A DNA stretch of 64,000 bases, taken from Actinomycetota bacterium. Its GTDB lineage: Bacteria > Actinomycetota > UBA4738 > JACQTL01. Under the pieces are notes generated by a model. It made no database searches. It saw nothing but the letters and a program-made list of their open reading frames with translations, and was not told the DNA's origin. The position numbers and the translations under genes were made by a program. The stretch lies in the NCBI GenBank assembly GCA_045805265.1, contig JBJMLO010000011.1, positions 110,148-174,147 of the forward strand. Direction: 5' to 3'. This document shows positions 37,916-47,909 of the stretch, one piece after another. How positions within the stretch are numbered: position 1 is the first letter of the stretch; every line of letters begins with the position of its first letter.

Positions 37916-39958
37916 GTGGCCGGGACGATCGTGCTCGTGGTGATCTTCGTCGCGGCCGCCGGAATCTTCCTGCGGAGGTCCTGGCTGCTGTACCGGCTCG
38001 TGCGGCTGGGACAGCCGGTGAACCGGTTCGACGACATGCCGAAGCGCGTGGAGTACGAGGCCACCGTCGTCCTCGGCCAGCGGAAGCTGCTGCAGCGGGC
38101 GCTCCCCGGGATCATGCACGCGTTCATCTTCTGGGGGTTCCTGGTCCTGCTGACCACGATCCTCGAGGCCATCGGGCAGATCGTCGACCGGTCCTTCCGC
38201 ATCCCCCTGATCGGCGAGACCTCCGCGCTCAACCTGATCCAGGACCTGTTCGCGCTGCTGGTGCTCGTGGGCCTGGCCATCGCGGTATACATCCGCAAGA
38301 TCCAGCGCCCGGAGCGGTTCAAGGGCTCGCACCTGCGCGAGGCCGACTACATCCTGCTGTGGATCGCCGGGATCATCGTCACGCTGTTCGGCATCAAGTC
38401 CACGGCCGTCGCGGCCGGCGCCGTGCGCAACCCGGCGTGGCTCTTCGTGTCGAACCCGCTGTCGCACGTGTGGGGCGGCCTCGGTACGAGCGCGCTGTCG
38501 ACGCTGAACTACGCGTTCCTGTGGGCGCATATCGCCTTGGTCTTCTCGTTCCTCGTGTACATCCCGTACTCGAAGCACCTGCATATCGTGACCAGCTCGA
38601 TCAACGTGTTCTTCTCGAGCACGAAACCTCGGGGGACGCTCCGGCCGGTGAAGATCGACATGGAGGCGCTCGAGACCTCCGACGAGATGCCGGTGCTCGG
38701 CGCCGCCACGCTCGAGGACCTCACGTGGAAGGAGGCCCTCGACCTCTACACGTGCACCGAGTGCGGGCGGTGCCAGAGCGTCTGCCCCGCGTGGAACACC
38801 GGCAAGCCGCTGTCACCGAAGCTGCTGATCATGAACCTCCGCGACCACCTCTTCGAGCAGGGCCCGAAGATCCTCGCGGCGAAGAAGGCCGGCGAGGAGT
38901 ACGAGAAGGTCCCGCTGAACCCGGGCGTGGTCGAGGACGAGGTCGTGTGGGACTGCGTCACGTGCGGCGCGTGCATGCAGGAATGCCCGGTGAACATCGA
39001 GCACATCGACCACATCGTCGACATGCGGCGGAACCTGGTGATGGCCGAGTCGCGGTTCCCGGCCGAGGCCGGGACGCTCCTGCGGAACATTGAGAACTCG
39101 AGCAACCCGTGGGGGATGCAGCAGGGGACCCGCGGCGACTGGGCGAACGGGCTCGGCTTCGAGGTCCCGACCGTGAACGGCACCGCCCCGGAGTACCTGT
39201 ACTGGGTCGGCTGCGCGGGGTCGTTCGACGAGCGGGCCCGCAAGATCGCCCAGGCCGTCGCCCGGGTGCTGCACGCCGCGGGCGTGCAGTTCGCGATCCT
39301 CGGGCCCGAGGAGCTGTGCAACGGCGACCCCGCCCGGCGCATCGGCAACGAGTACCTGTTCCAGACGCTCGCCGAGCAGAACGTGGCGACGATGAACTCG
39401 AAGGGCGTGCGGAAAGTCGTCGTGAACTGCCCACACTGCTTCAACACCCTCCGCAACGAGTACCCCCAGTACGGCGGCGACTACGAGGTGATCCACCACA
39501 CGCAGCTGTTCGCGCGGCTCGTCGACGAGGGGCGGCTGCGCCCCACCGAGGAGGTCCAGGCCCTGCTCACGTATCACGACCCCTGCTACCTGGGGCGGCA
39601 CAACTCGGAGTACGACGCGCCGCGGAAGGTGCTCGACGCCGTGCCCGGAGTGAAGACGGTGGAGATGCTCCGGCACCGGGAGCGGGCGTTCTGCTGCGGC
39701 GCCGGGGGGGCGAGGATGTGGATGGAGGAGCACCTCGGCAAACGCATCAACAGCGAGCGCACCGAGGAGGCCATCTCCACCGGCGCCGACACCATGGGCG
39801 TGGCGTGCCCGTACTGCCTGATCATGCTCGACGACGGCTCGAAGGCGAAGGGGGGTGAGCTGCAGGTGCTCGACGTCGCCCAGATCGTCGATCGGTCACT
39901 CCGGGGGTCGGGGGAGACGCCCGGCCCGCCCGCGCCATCGAAGACGCCCAGCGGCTGA
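37916..39958 (+). CDS. membrane-anchored (Fe-S)-binding oxidoreductase, heterodisulfide-reductase/GlpC-like with two CCG cysteine-rich domains
   Basis: GTG at 37916 after AAGGAG. About 5 N-terminal TM helices; two 4Fe-4S ferredoxin motifs (CTECGRCQSVCP, CVTCGACMQECP); two CCG domains (VGCAGSF...CPHCF and YHDPCYLGRH...FCCGAGG). Confidence 0.75.
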   Translation: MAGTIVLVVIFVAAAGIFLRRSWLLYRLVRLGQPVNRFDDMPKRVEYEATVVLGQRKLLQRALPGIMHAFIFWGFLVLLTTILEAIGQIVDRSFRIPLIGETSALNLIQDLFALLVLVGLAIAVYIRKIQRPERFKGSHLREADYILLWIAGIIVTLFGIKSTAVAAGAVRNPAWLFVSNPLSHVWGGLGTSALSTLNYAFLWAHIALVFSFLVYIPYSKHLHIVTSSINVFFSSTKPRGTLRPVKIDMEALETSDEMPVLGAATLEDLTWKEALDLYTCTECGRCQSVCPAWNTGKPLSPKLLIMNLRDHLFEQGPKILAAKKAGEEYEKVPLNPGVVEDEVVWDCVTCGACMQECPVNIEHIDHIVDMRRNLVMAESRFPAEAGTLLRNIENSSNPWGMQQGTRGDWANGLGFEVPTVNGTAPEYLYWVGCAGSFDERARKIAQAVARVLHAAGVQFAILGPEELCNGDPARRIGNEYLFQTLAEQNVATMNSKGVRKVVVNCPHCFNTLRNEYPQYGGDYEVIHHTQLFARLVDEGRLRPTEEVQALLTYHDPCYLGRHNSEYDAPRKVLDAVPGVKTVEMLRHRERAFCCGAGGARMWMEEHLGKRINSERTEEAISTGADTMGVACPYCLIMLDDGSKAKGGELQVLDVAQIVDRSLRGSGETPGPPAPSKTPSG

Positions 39959-40356
39959 GTACGGGCTGGTCGCCCTCGGCACTCAAGCCGGAGGCCGGTT
40001 TGGCCGATGAACATCCCCCTAGGTCCATCGGAGGACATCCTTGTGGTTCGGATCGAGGACCAGACGGGTCGAACAGGGGACGGGGCGCCCGCGGTCCCGG
40101 GGTCGAAGCGTGCGAACGGGGAGACGACGATGCTTGCAGGGCCGGGCACCACGGGTGACAATGCCCCGCTACGCCCGGTTCACCGATCCGGCCGCCGGTC
40201 CGGAGCCGCCTCGGACGTTGTCGAGGGATCCAGCGATCCCCCGATCGGCCGAGGGGCCCACCCGGCGGGAACGCTCGCGGGGCGGGTCCCCAGGGGCAGG
40301 GACGCGGCCGTCTCGGCCGCGTCGAAGGACCCGACCCGAGCGCCGTCCGGAGGAGC

Positions 40357-42273
40357 GTGGACCTGGTGAGTGAGTCGTCCGCGATGCGGGCCACCTCGTC
40401 GCTCGTCGACGAGTGCCGCCGCCTGGGCGAACGCCTGCGCCTGGACGCGGTCGGCGTGGCCGCCGGCCCCGAGGGACAGGTCACGTGGTGGGCGGCCCCC
40501 GGCGGCCCGCCGCTCCCGTCCCGGCTCGACGACGTCCTCCTCGGGGCGCTGCCCGGCTGGCTGGTGCTGCCGGTGGGATCCGACGCCATGGTGTTCGCCC
40601 GCCCCACGCCTGACACCCCGCCCCGCGCGGCCGAGGTGCTGCGCGCGGTGGCCCTGTCCCTGGTCGCGCGCGCGAGCGCGCCCCGCCTCGCGCCTGCCCC
40701 CCTCCCGGCGCGAGACGGTGACGGGACCGACCTCGAGGCCCACCCCCTCGAGACCCCAGACGACCGCCCTGTCCTGTGGGAGATCTCCGGGGTCACCGGA
40801 ATCCTGGCGGCCCTGGCACGTGACACGGGGTTCGAGACCGCGTCGCTGTTCGGGCCAGCCGGCTCGGGATGGGAGCTCGTGATGCGGGCGGGACCCACCC
40901 GCCCCTGGCACGCGGTCCTCGATCCCTCGTTGCTCGGTCCGGTCGGTGACGGGATCCGCTACGCCGACGCGAACGACATCCCCGGGGTGGGGCCCCGGCT
41001 CGCCACCCTGGGGTGCGCCAGCCTGGCCGTGCTCCCCTCCGAGGGGGGGACCCGCGTCGTCCTCGATTCCTCCGTTCCGAACCTCGACCTGGGATGGCTG
41101 GACCGGGCGCTGCCCCACCTCGCCATGATCCTCGCGGTGGGCGCCGAGCCCAGGTTCGCCACCGCCGAGCGGAGCGCGAGGGAGCTCGAGATGGTCGAGC
41201 GGTGCGCGGAGGCCACCCGCCGAATCCTGGAGGAACCGGCCAGCACCTCGCTCGAGCTCCTGCGGGAGCTGCGGCAGGCCCTCGAGGCCGACGAGCTCTT
41301 CCATCTGGTCGAGCGGTCCGGCGAGGTCGAGGTGCTGAGCGAGACCAGGTCGGGGTGGCCCCGGAGCATCCCCCGGGAGATCCGCGTCACGATGCGTACG
41401 CTGCCCCTGTACGGCCCGGTCGACGAGGCCACTTCCCGTCAGCTGGGGCTGGTGCTGGGCGCCCTGAGCCCCCATCTCGCCGCGGCATTCAGCCGCGAGA
41501 TCCCGCCGCAGGAGGCTTTGGTGGCGGGGTGGCGACGAGGCCCGGGCCTGTCGCAGGCCGCGATGCGGGCGGTCGCGCAGCTCGCGGCCGGAGCGCGGTC
41601 GGTCATCGAGAGCCGGCAGTCGGCGGTGGACACCATGATGACCAGGGAGCGGACCCGGTGGGCGGACGAGATCCACGACGGGCTGACCCAGTCCGTGACC
41701 ACCGCGGTCCTCGAGCTGGAGGCGATGGAGCGCCTCATCCGGGAGGACCCCCACGCGGCCATCGAGGCCCTCACGGCGTCGAAGTCGGAGATCCGGAAGG
41801 CCCTGTCGAAGCTCCGCGCGATCCTGTTCGATCTCCAACGAGATTCCGCCGAGGACTCAAGGAGCGAGGAACCCCTTACGAAATACGTCAGTGACGTGAT
41901 CAAGCGATGGAGACTTCCGGCGAGGGTGACGGTGACGGGCGACCTCCGCGAGGTGCCCAAGCCGTTGCTCGGCGCGGCCTACGTGGTGATCCGTGAGGGC
42001 CTCGCCAACGCGGCGAAGCACGCGGGCCCAGGGACGGTCAGCGTCGCGGTGAACGCGGTGCCGGACGAGCTCACGGTCGAGGTGGCCGACACCGGGCGGG
42101 GATTCGCCCCCGGCGCCGGGGCCCCGCTGGACCACGGCCCCGGGCACCATTTCGGGCTGGGGATGATGCGCAGGCGCGTGTCCGATGCTGGCGGGACGCT
42201 CGACGTCCAGTCGGCTCCCGGCAAGGGAACGAGACTCGTAGCGCGCCTTCCGGTTCGAGGGAGAAGGCCATGA
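40357..42273 (+). CDS. sensor histidine kinase (HisKA_3/NarL-partner type) with a large N-terminal cytoplasmic sensory region
   Basis: H-box DEIHDGLTQSV (HisKA_3), N-box VIREGLANAAKHA, G-boxes DTGRGF and GLGMM. No obvious TM helices in the about 420-aa N-terminal region. The stop overlaps the RR ATG (ATGA). The start (GTG 40357) is uncertain. Confidence 0.8.
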   Translation: MDLVSESSAMRATSSLVDECRRLGERLRLDAVGVAAGPEGQVTWWAAPGGPPLPSRLDDVLLGALPGWLVLPVGSDAMVFARPTPDTPPRAAEVLRAVALSLVARASAPRLAPAPLPARDGDGTDLEAHPLETPDDRPVLWEISGVTGILAALARDTGFETASLFGPAGSGWELVMRAGPTRPWHAVLDPSLLGPVGDGIRYADANDIPGVGPRLATLGCASLAVLPSEGGTRVVLDSSVPNLDLGWLDRALPHLAMILAVGAEPRFATAERSARELEMVERCAEATRRILEEPASTSLELLRELRQALEADELFHLVERSGEVEVLSETRSGWPRSIPREIRVTMRTLPLYGPVDEATSRQLGLVLGALSPHLAAAFSREIPPQEALVAGWRRGPGLSQAAMRAVAQLAAGARSVIESRQSAVDTMMTRERTRWADEIHDGLTQSVTTAVLELEAMERLIREDPHAAIEALTASKSEIRKALSKLRAILFDLQRDSAEDSRSEEPLTKYVSDVIKRWRLPARVTVTGDLREVPKPLLGAAYVVIREGLANAAKHAGPGTVSVAVNAVPDELTVEVADTGRGFAPGAGAPLDHGPGHHFGLGMMRRRVSDAGGTLDVQSAPGKGTRLVARLPVRGRRP

Positions 42274-42980
42274 AGGTCCTGATCGTCGACGACCACACGC
42301 TGGTTCGCCACGGCATCGCACTGCTCGTGCAGGAGTGCTTCAGCGACGCGGAGGTCCGCGAGGCGGCCAGCGCCGACGACGCCATCGACCAGCTGAAGGA
42401 AGAGACCTTCGACATCGCGCTGCTCGACGTGCGGATGCCCAACCGGGACGGCCTCGAGCTGCTGCGGGAGATGAAGTCGACCTGGCCCGAAACCCCCGTC
42501 CTCATGCTGACCACGTTCGACCATGCGACCTACGTGAAGCAGGCCCTGGCGCACGGCGCCAACGGCTACATGCTCAAGGACTCCTCTCCGGAGGACCTCG
42601 ACCAGGCCATGCGGGTGGCGATGTCGGGCGGCGGGAACGTGCTGTCGGCCCGGGCCATCAGGTCGCTGTTCGAGGGGAACGTCGCGAGCGAGCAGGACAA
42701 GGAGAGGCAGATCCGCCCCGAGAGCCTGACCAAGCGCGAGACCGACATCCTGGCGCTGCTGGCAGAGGGAAAGAGCAACCGGGAGATCGCCCGCTCGCTG
42801 TTTTTGTCGGAGAAGACCGTGAAGGCCCACCTGGCAGCCGTGTTCCGCAAGCTCGGGGTGACGAACCGGACCCAGGCAGCCATGGCCGCGGTGGGCATGG
42901 GTATGGGTCCCGGAGCGAGGCCCCCGATGGTCGAGGACTCCTTCGGGGAGCCGCGCGAGGCCGCGAGCTGGCGGAGCTGA
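42270..42980 (+). CDS. NarL/LuxR-family response regulator
   Basis: Receiver domain (VLIVDDH, LLDVRMP, LMLT) plus C-terminal LuxR helix-turn-helix (LTKRETDILALLAEGKSNREIARSLFLSEKTVKAHL). Confidence 0.9.
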   Translation: MKVLIVDDHTLVRHGIALLVQECFSDAEVREAASADDAIDQLKEETFDIALLDVRMPNRDGLELLREMKSTWPETPVLMLTTFDHATYVKQALAHGANGYMLKDSSPEDLDQAMRVAMSGGGNVLSARAIRSLFEGNVASEQDKERQIRPESLTKRETDILALLAEGKSNREIARSLFLSEKTVKAHLAAVFRKLGVTNRTQAAMAAVGMGMGPGARPPMVEDSFGEPREAASWRS

Positions 42981-43006
42981 TCCGCCCTGGTGGAGTGGCT
43001 CCCCGC

Positions 43007-45661
43007 GTGAGCGACTCGCCGCCCGTCAAGCGGGCCATCCTCTCCGGCCTCACAGGGCTCTTCCACGGCGACCAGGCCGCCGACGGGATGCCCGAGCCGG
43101 CCGACGACGCCATGATGGATCCACCCGCGGGACCCGTGGACGACCGCGCGGACGACGACTCGGTGGAGGTCACGATGCCGGCCCCGGAACCGGAACGCCA
43201 GCAACCGGCCACTCCGCTCGTCGTGGCGCGCGACGAGTTCGCCGGGCTGGCCTCCCGGGATCCGGCGGAGCGCCGGCGGGCGCTCGATGTGATCGCCGCG
43301 CGGGGACTCTCCGACCGTACCGTTCCGGCCGTGGCGGGACTCCTGCAGGATCCCGAGCGAGCGATCCGCGTTGCCGCCCTCGAGGTCCTCGCCGCCCGCC
43401 CCGACGCGGTCGGCGCATCGGTGGTGCGGCAGGCCTTGCGGGACCCCTCGGACGAGGTCCGGGCCGCCGCCGTGCGCCTGGCGGCCGCCCGCCCGTCCCG
43501 CGATCTCCCGGACGTGTTCTCGCTGATCGGCGAGCGGCAGTGGCCCACCGCCCAACTGGCCGCGCTGCAGGCGCTGCCACACGCGGTGTCCGAGTTCGGC
43601 ATCGGGCCCGAGGAGCTGGACGCCATGCTCGACGCCCTGGCCGCCATGGAGTCCGATCCCGGCCCCACGGAGCACGGCGGCCTGGCGGCGATGGCCGCCT
43701 CGGTGGGACGGGCTCGGCTGGCGGCGGCCCTCGAGGTTCCCGGAACGAGACGCCTCGGCGCCGCCCGGCTGGTGCTGCAGGACGACTCGCCGGCTTCGCT
43801 CCGCGAGCTGGCCGGGCACGCGGACGATCCCGATCCGGACGTCGCCCGGTTGGGCCGCGTCGCCGCCGACCGCCTGGCCGTGGCGGGTATCGACGAGTCG
43901 CTCGAGGAACATGTGACGAAGGGGCCGGACGACTCGCCGACCGCGAGGGAGGCGTTCGAGGCCGAGCTCGGGCCGCGCGGCGAGATGGTCGCTGGCCTGG
44001 CCCGCGCCCTGGGCGACCCGGACGAGGCCGTCCGGGCCCGGGGCCGGGAGGCGCTCCGCGCCATCGACCGGGCCACCCTCGTGGACTGGATGCTCGCCGC
44101 GCTGGACTCGAACGACCCGGACCAGGTCCTGCTGGCAGCGCAGGTGGCGGAGGCGGCCGGCGTGACCGAGGCAGCCCCGATCCTGCTGGCACGCGGCGCG
44201 GCGGCGACGGCCGACGCCCGGGGGCCGTTCACCCGGGCACTCCTCTCGCTCGGGGTGCCGCCGGAGGAGCTCGTGGCCATGGCGACCCGGCTCGACGGCC
44301 GGTACCGGCAGGAGGCGGTTCGCATGCTGTGGCAGGTCGGGGGGCGTTCCATCCTGCCCGCCCTCCAGCCGCTTTTGGAGGACGCGTCGGCGACGGTCCG
44401 GGTGGCGGCCCTGGAGGTCTTCGGGCATTCGGGCGACGCGCAGACGATCGAGGTCGCCCAGCGCGTGCTGGAGCGGGACTCCTCGCCGGTGGTCCGGGCC
44501 ACCGCGATCTCCGTGATCGGCCGCGCCGGGCTGGACCAGCGCTCGGCCTCGCTGGCCCAGGCCCTTGCCGATCCGGACCCCGACGTCCGGGCCACGGCCG
44601 TCGAGGTCCTGCCGGCGGGCATGGGCCGCCACGCCACGGACCTCCTTCTGGAAGCGCTGTCGGATCACGACGAGCGGGTGTGGCAGGCCGCCATCCGGCA
44701 CTTGGCGTCCGTGCCCGACCGCGACCGTTCGATCGTCTGGCAGGCCATCGAACGGTGCCCGGCCACGCGCCGCGAGCACCTCGTGGCCGCGCTCGAGCGT
44801 TCGAACGGGGAACGGCTGGCATTGCTGGCCCTGGATCACCTGACGTCGCCGGACGCGGCCGAGCGGACACTCGCCATCGTGCTGGCCGGTCGGGCCGGAA
44901 CCCCCGACTGCGTCCGGGGGATCGTCGCGGCGCTGCAGGACCCGGCGCCCACCGTGCGCCGGACCGCGGCCTCCGCCCTGCACTCCATCCACAGCGCGGA
45001 ATCGATCGAGGGCCTCTCGCGGGCCCTGTCCGACCCCGACGTCGAGGTCCGTGTGGAAACCGTGCGGGCGCTGTCGGTGATCGACGACGACACCGTGCTG
45101 GACCCCCTGATCACTGCGCTGAAGGACCCGGAGATGCGGGTCCGCGACGTCGCGGCCGAAGCGCTCGTACGGTGGCGCTCCCCCGCCGTGGCCCGGCGGC
45201 TGGCCGTAGCGCTGACCAACCCGTCGCTCCGCCGAGCCGCGGGAGAGGTGCTGGGGCGGATGGGGACCTCGGCCGTCGACCCGCTGGTCGAAATCCTCAT
45301 GGAGGACGATCCGGAGCTGGCGGCGACCGTCGGCGCGCTGCTGGACAGCCTGGTCGGAGCCGACGCGTTCCTGTCGCGCCTCGGCGCCATGGATCCCACG
45401 GAGCGCCTGCGCGCCGTGGAGGCCCTCGGTGCCATGGGCGGCGAGCGTGGGATCGACGGCCTGATCCGGGCGCTGTCGGACCCGGTGGAGTCCATCCGCG
45501 TGCGGGCGGTCACCCTCCTCGGTGACGCCGACGACGACCGGGCCTTCGAAGCCGTCAAACAGGCCTTCCTGAGCGATCCCGTGCAGGAGGTCGTCTCGGC
45601 GGCGGAGGAGGCGCTCCGCCGGCTGCAGGGCGGCCTCGAGGCCCCCGACGGCCAGGAATAG
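43007..45661 (+). CDS. HEAT-repeat (PBS-lyase-type HEAT-like) protein, about 15 tandem repeats
   Basis: GTG at 43007 (alternative GTG at 42995), 27 bp after the RR stop. Repeats of the form L.DPD..VR..A...L recur (LQDPERAIRVAALEVLAA, LRDPSDEVRAAAVRLAAA, LADPDPDVRATAVEVLPA, LSDPDVEVRVETVRALSV, LKDPEMRVRDVAAEALVR and others). The ORF-track entry 42335-45661 fuses this frame with antisense of the RR and was rejected. Confidence 0.7.
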   Translation: MSDSPPVKRAILSGLTGLFHGDQAADGMPEPADDAMMDPPAGPVDDRADDDSVEVTMPAPEPERQQPATPLVVARDEFAGLASRDPAERRRALDVIAARGLSDRTVPAVAGLLQDPERAIRVAALEVLAARPDAVGASVVRQALRDPSDEVRAAAVRLAAARPSRDLPDVFSLIGERQWPTAQLAALQALPHAVSEFGIGPEELDAMLDALAAMESDPGPTEHGGLAAMAASVGRARLAAALEVPGTRRLGAARLVLQDDSPASLRELAGHADDPDPDVARLGRVAADRLAVAGIDESLEEHVTKGPDDSPTAREAFEAELGPRGEMVAGLARALGDPDEAVRARGREALRAIDRATLVDWMLAALDSNDPDQVLLAAQVAEAAGVTEAAPILLARGAAATADARGPFTRALLSLGVPPEELVAMATRLDGRYRQEAVRMLWQVGGRSILPALQPLLEDASATVRVAALEVFGHSGDAQTIEVAQRVLERDSSPVVRATAISVIGRAGLDQRSASLAQALADPDPDVRATAVEVLPAGMGRHATDLLLEALSDHDERVWQAAIRHLASVPDRDRSIVWQAIERCPATRREHLVAALERSNGERLALLALDHLTSPDAAERTLAIVLAGRAGTPDCVRGIVAALQDPAPTVRRTAASALHSIHSAESIEGLSRALSDPDVEVRVETVRALSVIDDDTVLDPLITALKDPEMRVRDVAAEALVRWRSPAVARRLAVALTNPSLRRAAGEVLGRMGTSAVDPLVEILMEDDPELAATVGALLDSLVGADAFLSRLGAMDPTERLRAVEALGAMGGERGIDGLIRALSDPVESIRVRAVTLLGDADDDRAFEAVKQAFLSDPVQEVVSAAEEALRRLQGGLEAPDGQE

Positions 45662-45799
45662 CGCCGGTTGCGACCGCAGATGTCGGGAATGCCGACCGAT
45701 CGACTCGGTCGAAAGACCTAGGCCGCTTTCCCTAGACATCGGCCGATCGTGCCCCGAATGGTGGATGGCCGGATCGGCCGGTGGGCCTAGGCTCCTACC

Positions 45800-47809
45800 A
45801 TGCAACCCCGGCTGCGGGCCAGGGGGGCGTCCACACGCGTCGGCTCGTTGCGGAACTCGATCCTGCTGGCGACCGAGGAGTCCTACCCCTCGGTGGCGAG
45901 CGACCATGCCGACTGGTGCCAGGCCCTGGTGAACGGATTGCCCGAGCTCGACTTCGTGTCGTGGTCGCTGTCGAGCGCTCCTCGGGCGGAGGCGTCGTAC
46001 CGCCTCCCGCCGAACGTGATCCGGTGGATCGACGTGCCCTGGGGCGCGGGGAGGCCGGTCGAGGCGGGCGACGGCCCGACCGCCGATGTCGATCGTCCCC
46101 CTTCCACCCTGGACGCCCGGGACGGCGAGCGCGAGTTCGTCCCGGCGCTCCGCGGGTTGCTCGAGGCGACGGTGGATCCCGCCGGTCCCGGCCCCCGGAT
46201 GGCCGAGGCGCTGCTGCGCCTTCGCGCCGTGCTGCTCCGATGGGGCGCCGGTGAGACGTGGGAGGCTCCGGCCGCGGTGCTCGCCCTCCGCGACCACCTG
46301 CTGGCGCGGGCCGAGGTCCCGGGGCCCGGAGGCGCCGCGGGCGGCGCGCCGCCGGTGGGAGACGCCCCCTCGCATGCGCCGACCGAGAGCGACGCCGTCG
46401 AGGCCGCGGCGTGGCTGTCACGGGTGCTCGCCGGCCTGGCCGCGGAGATTCCTCCCACCGACGTGGTGCACGTGACCGCTTCCGGGTTCTGCGCGCTGCC
46501 CGGCGTCCTGGCAAAGGCCCGATGGGGGACGCCGCTGCTGCTCACCGAGCTGGCCAGCCCCCTGCGCGAGCCGCGCCTCCGCCTGGCCCCCGCGGCCCCG
46601 CTCCACCTGCGGCGGTTCGCGGCCGAGGTCCAGGGGGCAGTGGCGCGGACGGTCTACCGGCTCGCGGACCGGGTAACGGTGGTCTCGCCGCACATCGAAC
46701 CGCTCGAGCGCGTGCGCGGGACGCGGGTGGAGGTCGTCGCGGGCGGGGTCGACGAGGGGGTGTTCCGTCCGGAGCGCGTCACGCGGTCGGATCGTCCGAC
46801 GGTCGTCCAGGTGTCGCGGATCGACCCCCGGTCGGACCTGTTCACGCTGCTGCGGGTCGCCGATCTGGTGCGCCGGGAGATCCCGGACGTGCTGTTCGTC
46901 CACCACGGCGACATCGTCGACGGCGCCTACTGGGAGCGGGTGCTGCACCTGCACCGCGACCTTGCGCTCGGGGACACGGTTCGCTTCGAGGGCCCGGCCT
47001 CCGACGTTCCCCGGGCGCTGGCCGCGGCCGACCTGGTGCTCGGCACGTCGGTGGAGGAGGCCTTCCCGTGGATCGTCGTGGGCGCGCTGCTGTGCGAGCG
47101 TCCCGCGGTGGCGGCCGATCCCGGCGGGGTGCGGAACGTCGTCGAGGGGGCGGGAATCACGGCGCCGCCGGGGGACGCCGCCGCGCTCGCCGAGGCCGTG
47201 GCCGCGACGCTGCGGATCTCGCCGGAGCAGCGGGCCGCGATCGGCCGGGCCGGCCGGGACCTGGCGCTGTCCAGGTTCCGCCTGAGCAGGTTCCTGGACG
47301 ACTCCCGTGAGATCTACCGACGGCTGGTCGGCGGGCCGGATACCGCTCCCCCGCCGGCCCGTGCCGCCGCGGAGGCGGAGGCCGGGGCGGTGCCGCCCGC
47401 AGCCGGCGAGCGGGCGCCTGGCGGAGCGGAGCCGCGCACAGTGCCTCGACGGATGGTGCCCGCAGGTGTGGCCGCGGAGATCGGCGTCGCGCAGCCCGAC
47501 CCGGGCGCAGGTCGGACGTCTGGTCCCCGAGACGAACTGAGGCATCCCGACCCCCTCGTGCGGATCGGGGCGCTCTCCCGCCTCGAGTCGGCCGAGGACG
47601 TCGACCAGGCAGCGGCGGGCCTCTCCGACTCCTATCCCCAGGTCCGGCGGGAGGCCGTGCGGGCGATCGGCAGGCTGGACGGGCCGCTCGCCGGCCGATG
47701 GCTCGCCGACGCCGTGGCGCACGACCCCTCGGCGGAGGTCCGGGAGGAGGCTGTGGCGGCGATCGCCGAGCTGCTGGCGAGACCCCCCGCGGACGAGCGG
47801 CCGGCCTGA
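45800..47809 (+). CDS. family 4 glycosyltransferase with an about 190-aa N-terminal domain of unknown function and three C-terminal HEAT-like repeats
   Basis: GT4 core (VVHVTASGFCALPG...; Rossmann EX7E-like region RFEGPASDVPRALAAADLVLGTSVEEAFPWIVVGALLCERPAVAAD). C-terminal repeats LRHPDPLVRIGALSRLES, LSDSYPQVRREAVRAIGR, VAHDPSAEVREEAVAAIAE match the repeat type of the upstream gene. Confidence 0.7.
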   Translation: MQPRLRARGASTRVGSLRNSILLATEESYPSVASDHADWCQALVNGLPELDFVSWSLSSAPRAEASYRLPPNVIRWIDVPWGAGRPVEAGDGPTADVDRPPSTLDARDGEREFVPALRGLLEATVDPAGPGPRMAEALLRLRAVLLRWGAGETWEAPAAVLALRDHLLARAEVPGPGGAAGGAPPVGDAPSHAPTESDAVEAAAWLSRVLAGLAAEIPPTDVVHVTASGFCALPGVLAKARWGTPLLLTELASPLREPRLRLAPAAPLHLRRFAAEVQGAVARTVYRLADRVTVVSPHIEPLERVRGTRVEVVAGGVDEGVFRPERVTRSDRPTVVQVSRIDPRSDLFTLLRVADLVRREIPDVLFVHHGDIVDGAYWERVLHLHRDLALGDTVRFEGPASDVPRALAAADLVLGTSVEEAFPWIVVGALLCERPAVAADPGGVRNVVEGAGITAPPGDAAALAEAVAATLRISPEQRAAIGRAGRDLALSRFRLSRFLDDSREIYRRLVGGPDTAPPPARAAAEAEAGAVPPAAGERAPGGAEPRTVPRRMVPAGVAAEIGVAQPDPGAGRTSGPRDELRHPDPLVRIGALSRLESAEDVDQAAAGLSDSYPQVRREAVRAIGRLDGPLAGRWLADAVAHDPSAEVREEAVAAIAELLARPPADERPA

Positions 47810-47909
47810 CCGCCACGGCCGCGTGACGCTGGCCCGCGAGGGACCGAACCCCGATCATGCTCCGGGAGCCCCGTCGGCCGTGCGCCGTTCATCCCGTAAG
47901 GTGGGGAAC

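Noticed and set aside
40007-40369. 120-aa plus-strand ORF in the 400-bp gap upstream of the histidine kinase
   Set aside because: Overlaps the kinase start in another frame and has no RBS or family resemblance. Could be real but is unsupported; the gap more likely holds the promoter and leader for the two-component operon.
42335-45661. 1108-aa ORF starting inside the response-regulator gene
   Set aside because: The first 220 codons are an alternative frame of the NarL-type regulator gene. The HEAT-repeat protein plausibly starts at GTG 43007 (or 42995), just after the regulator stop.
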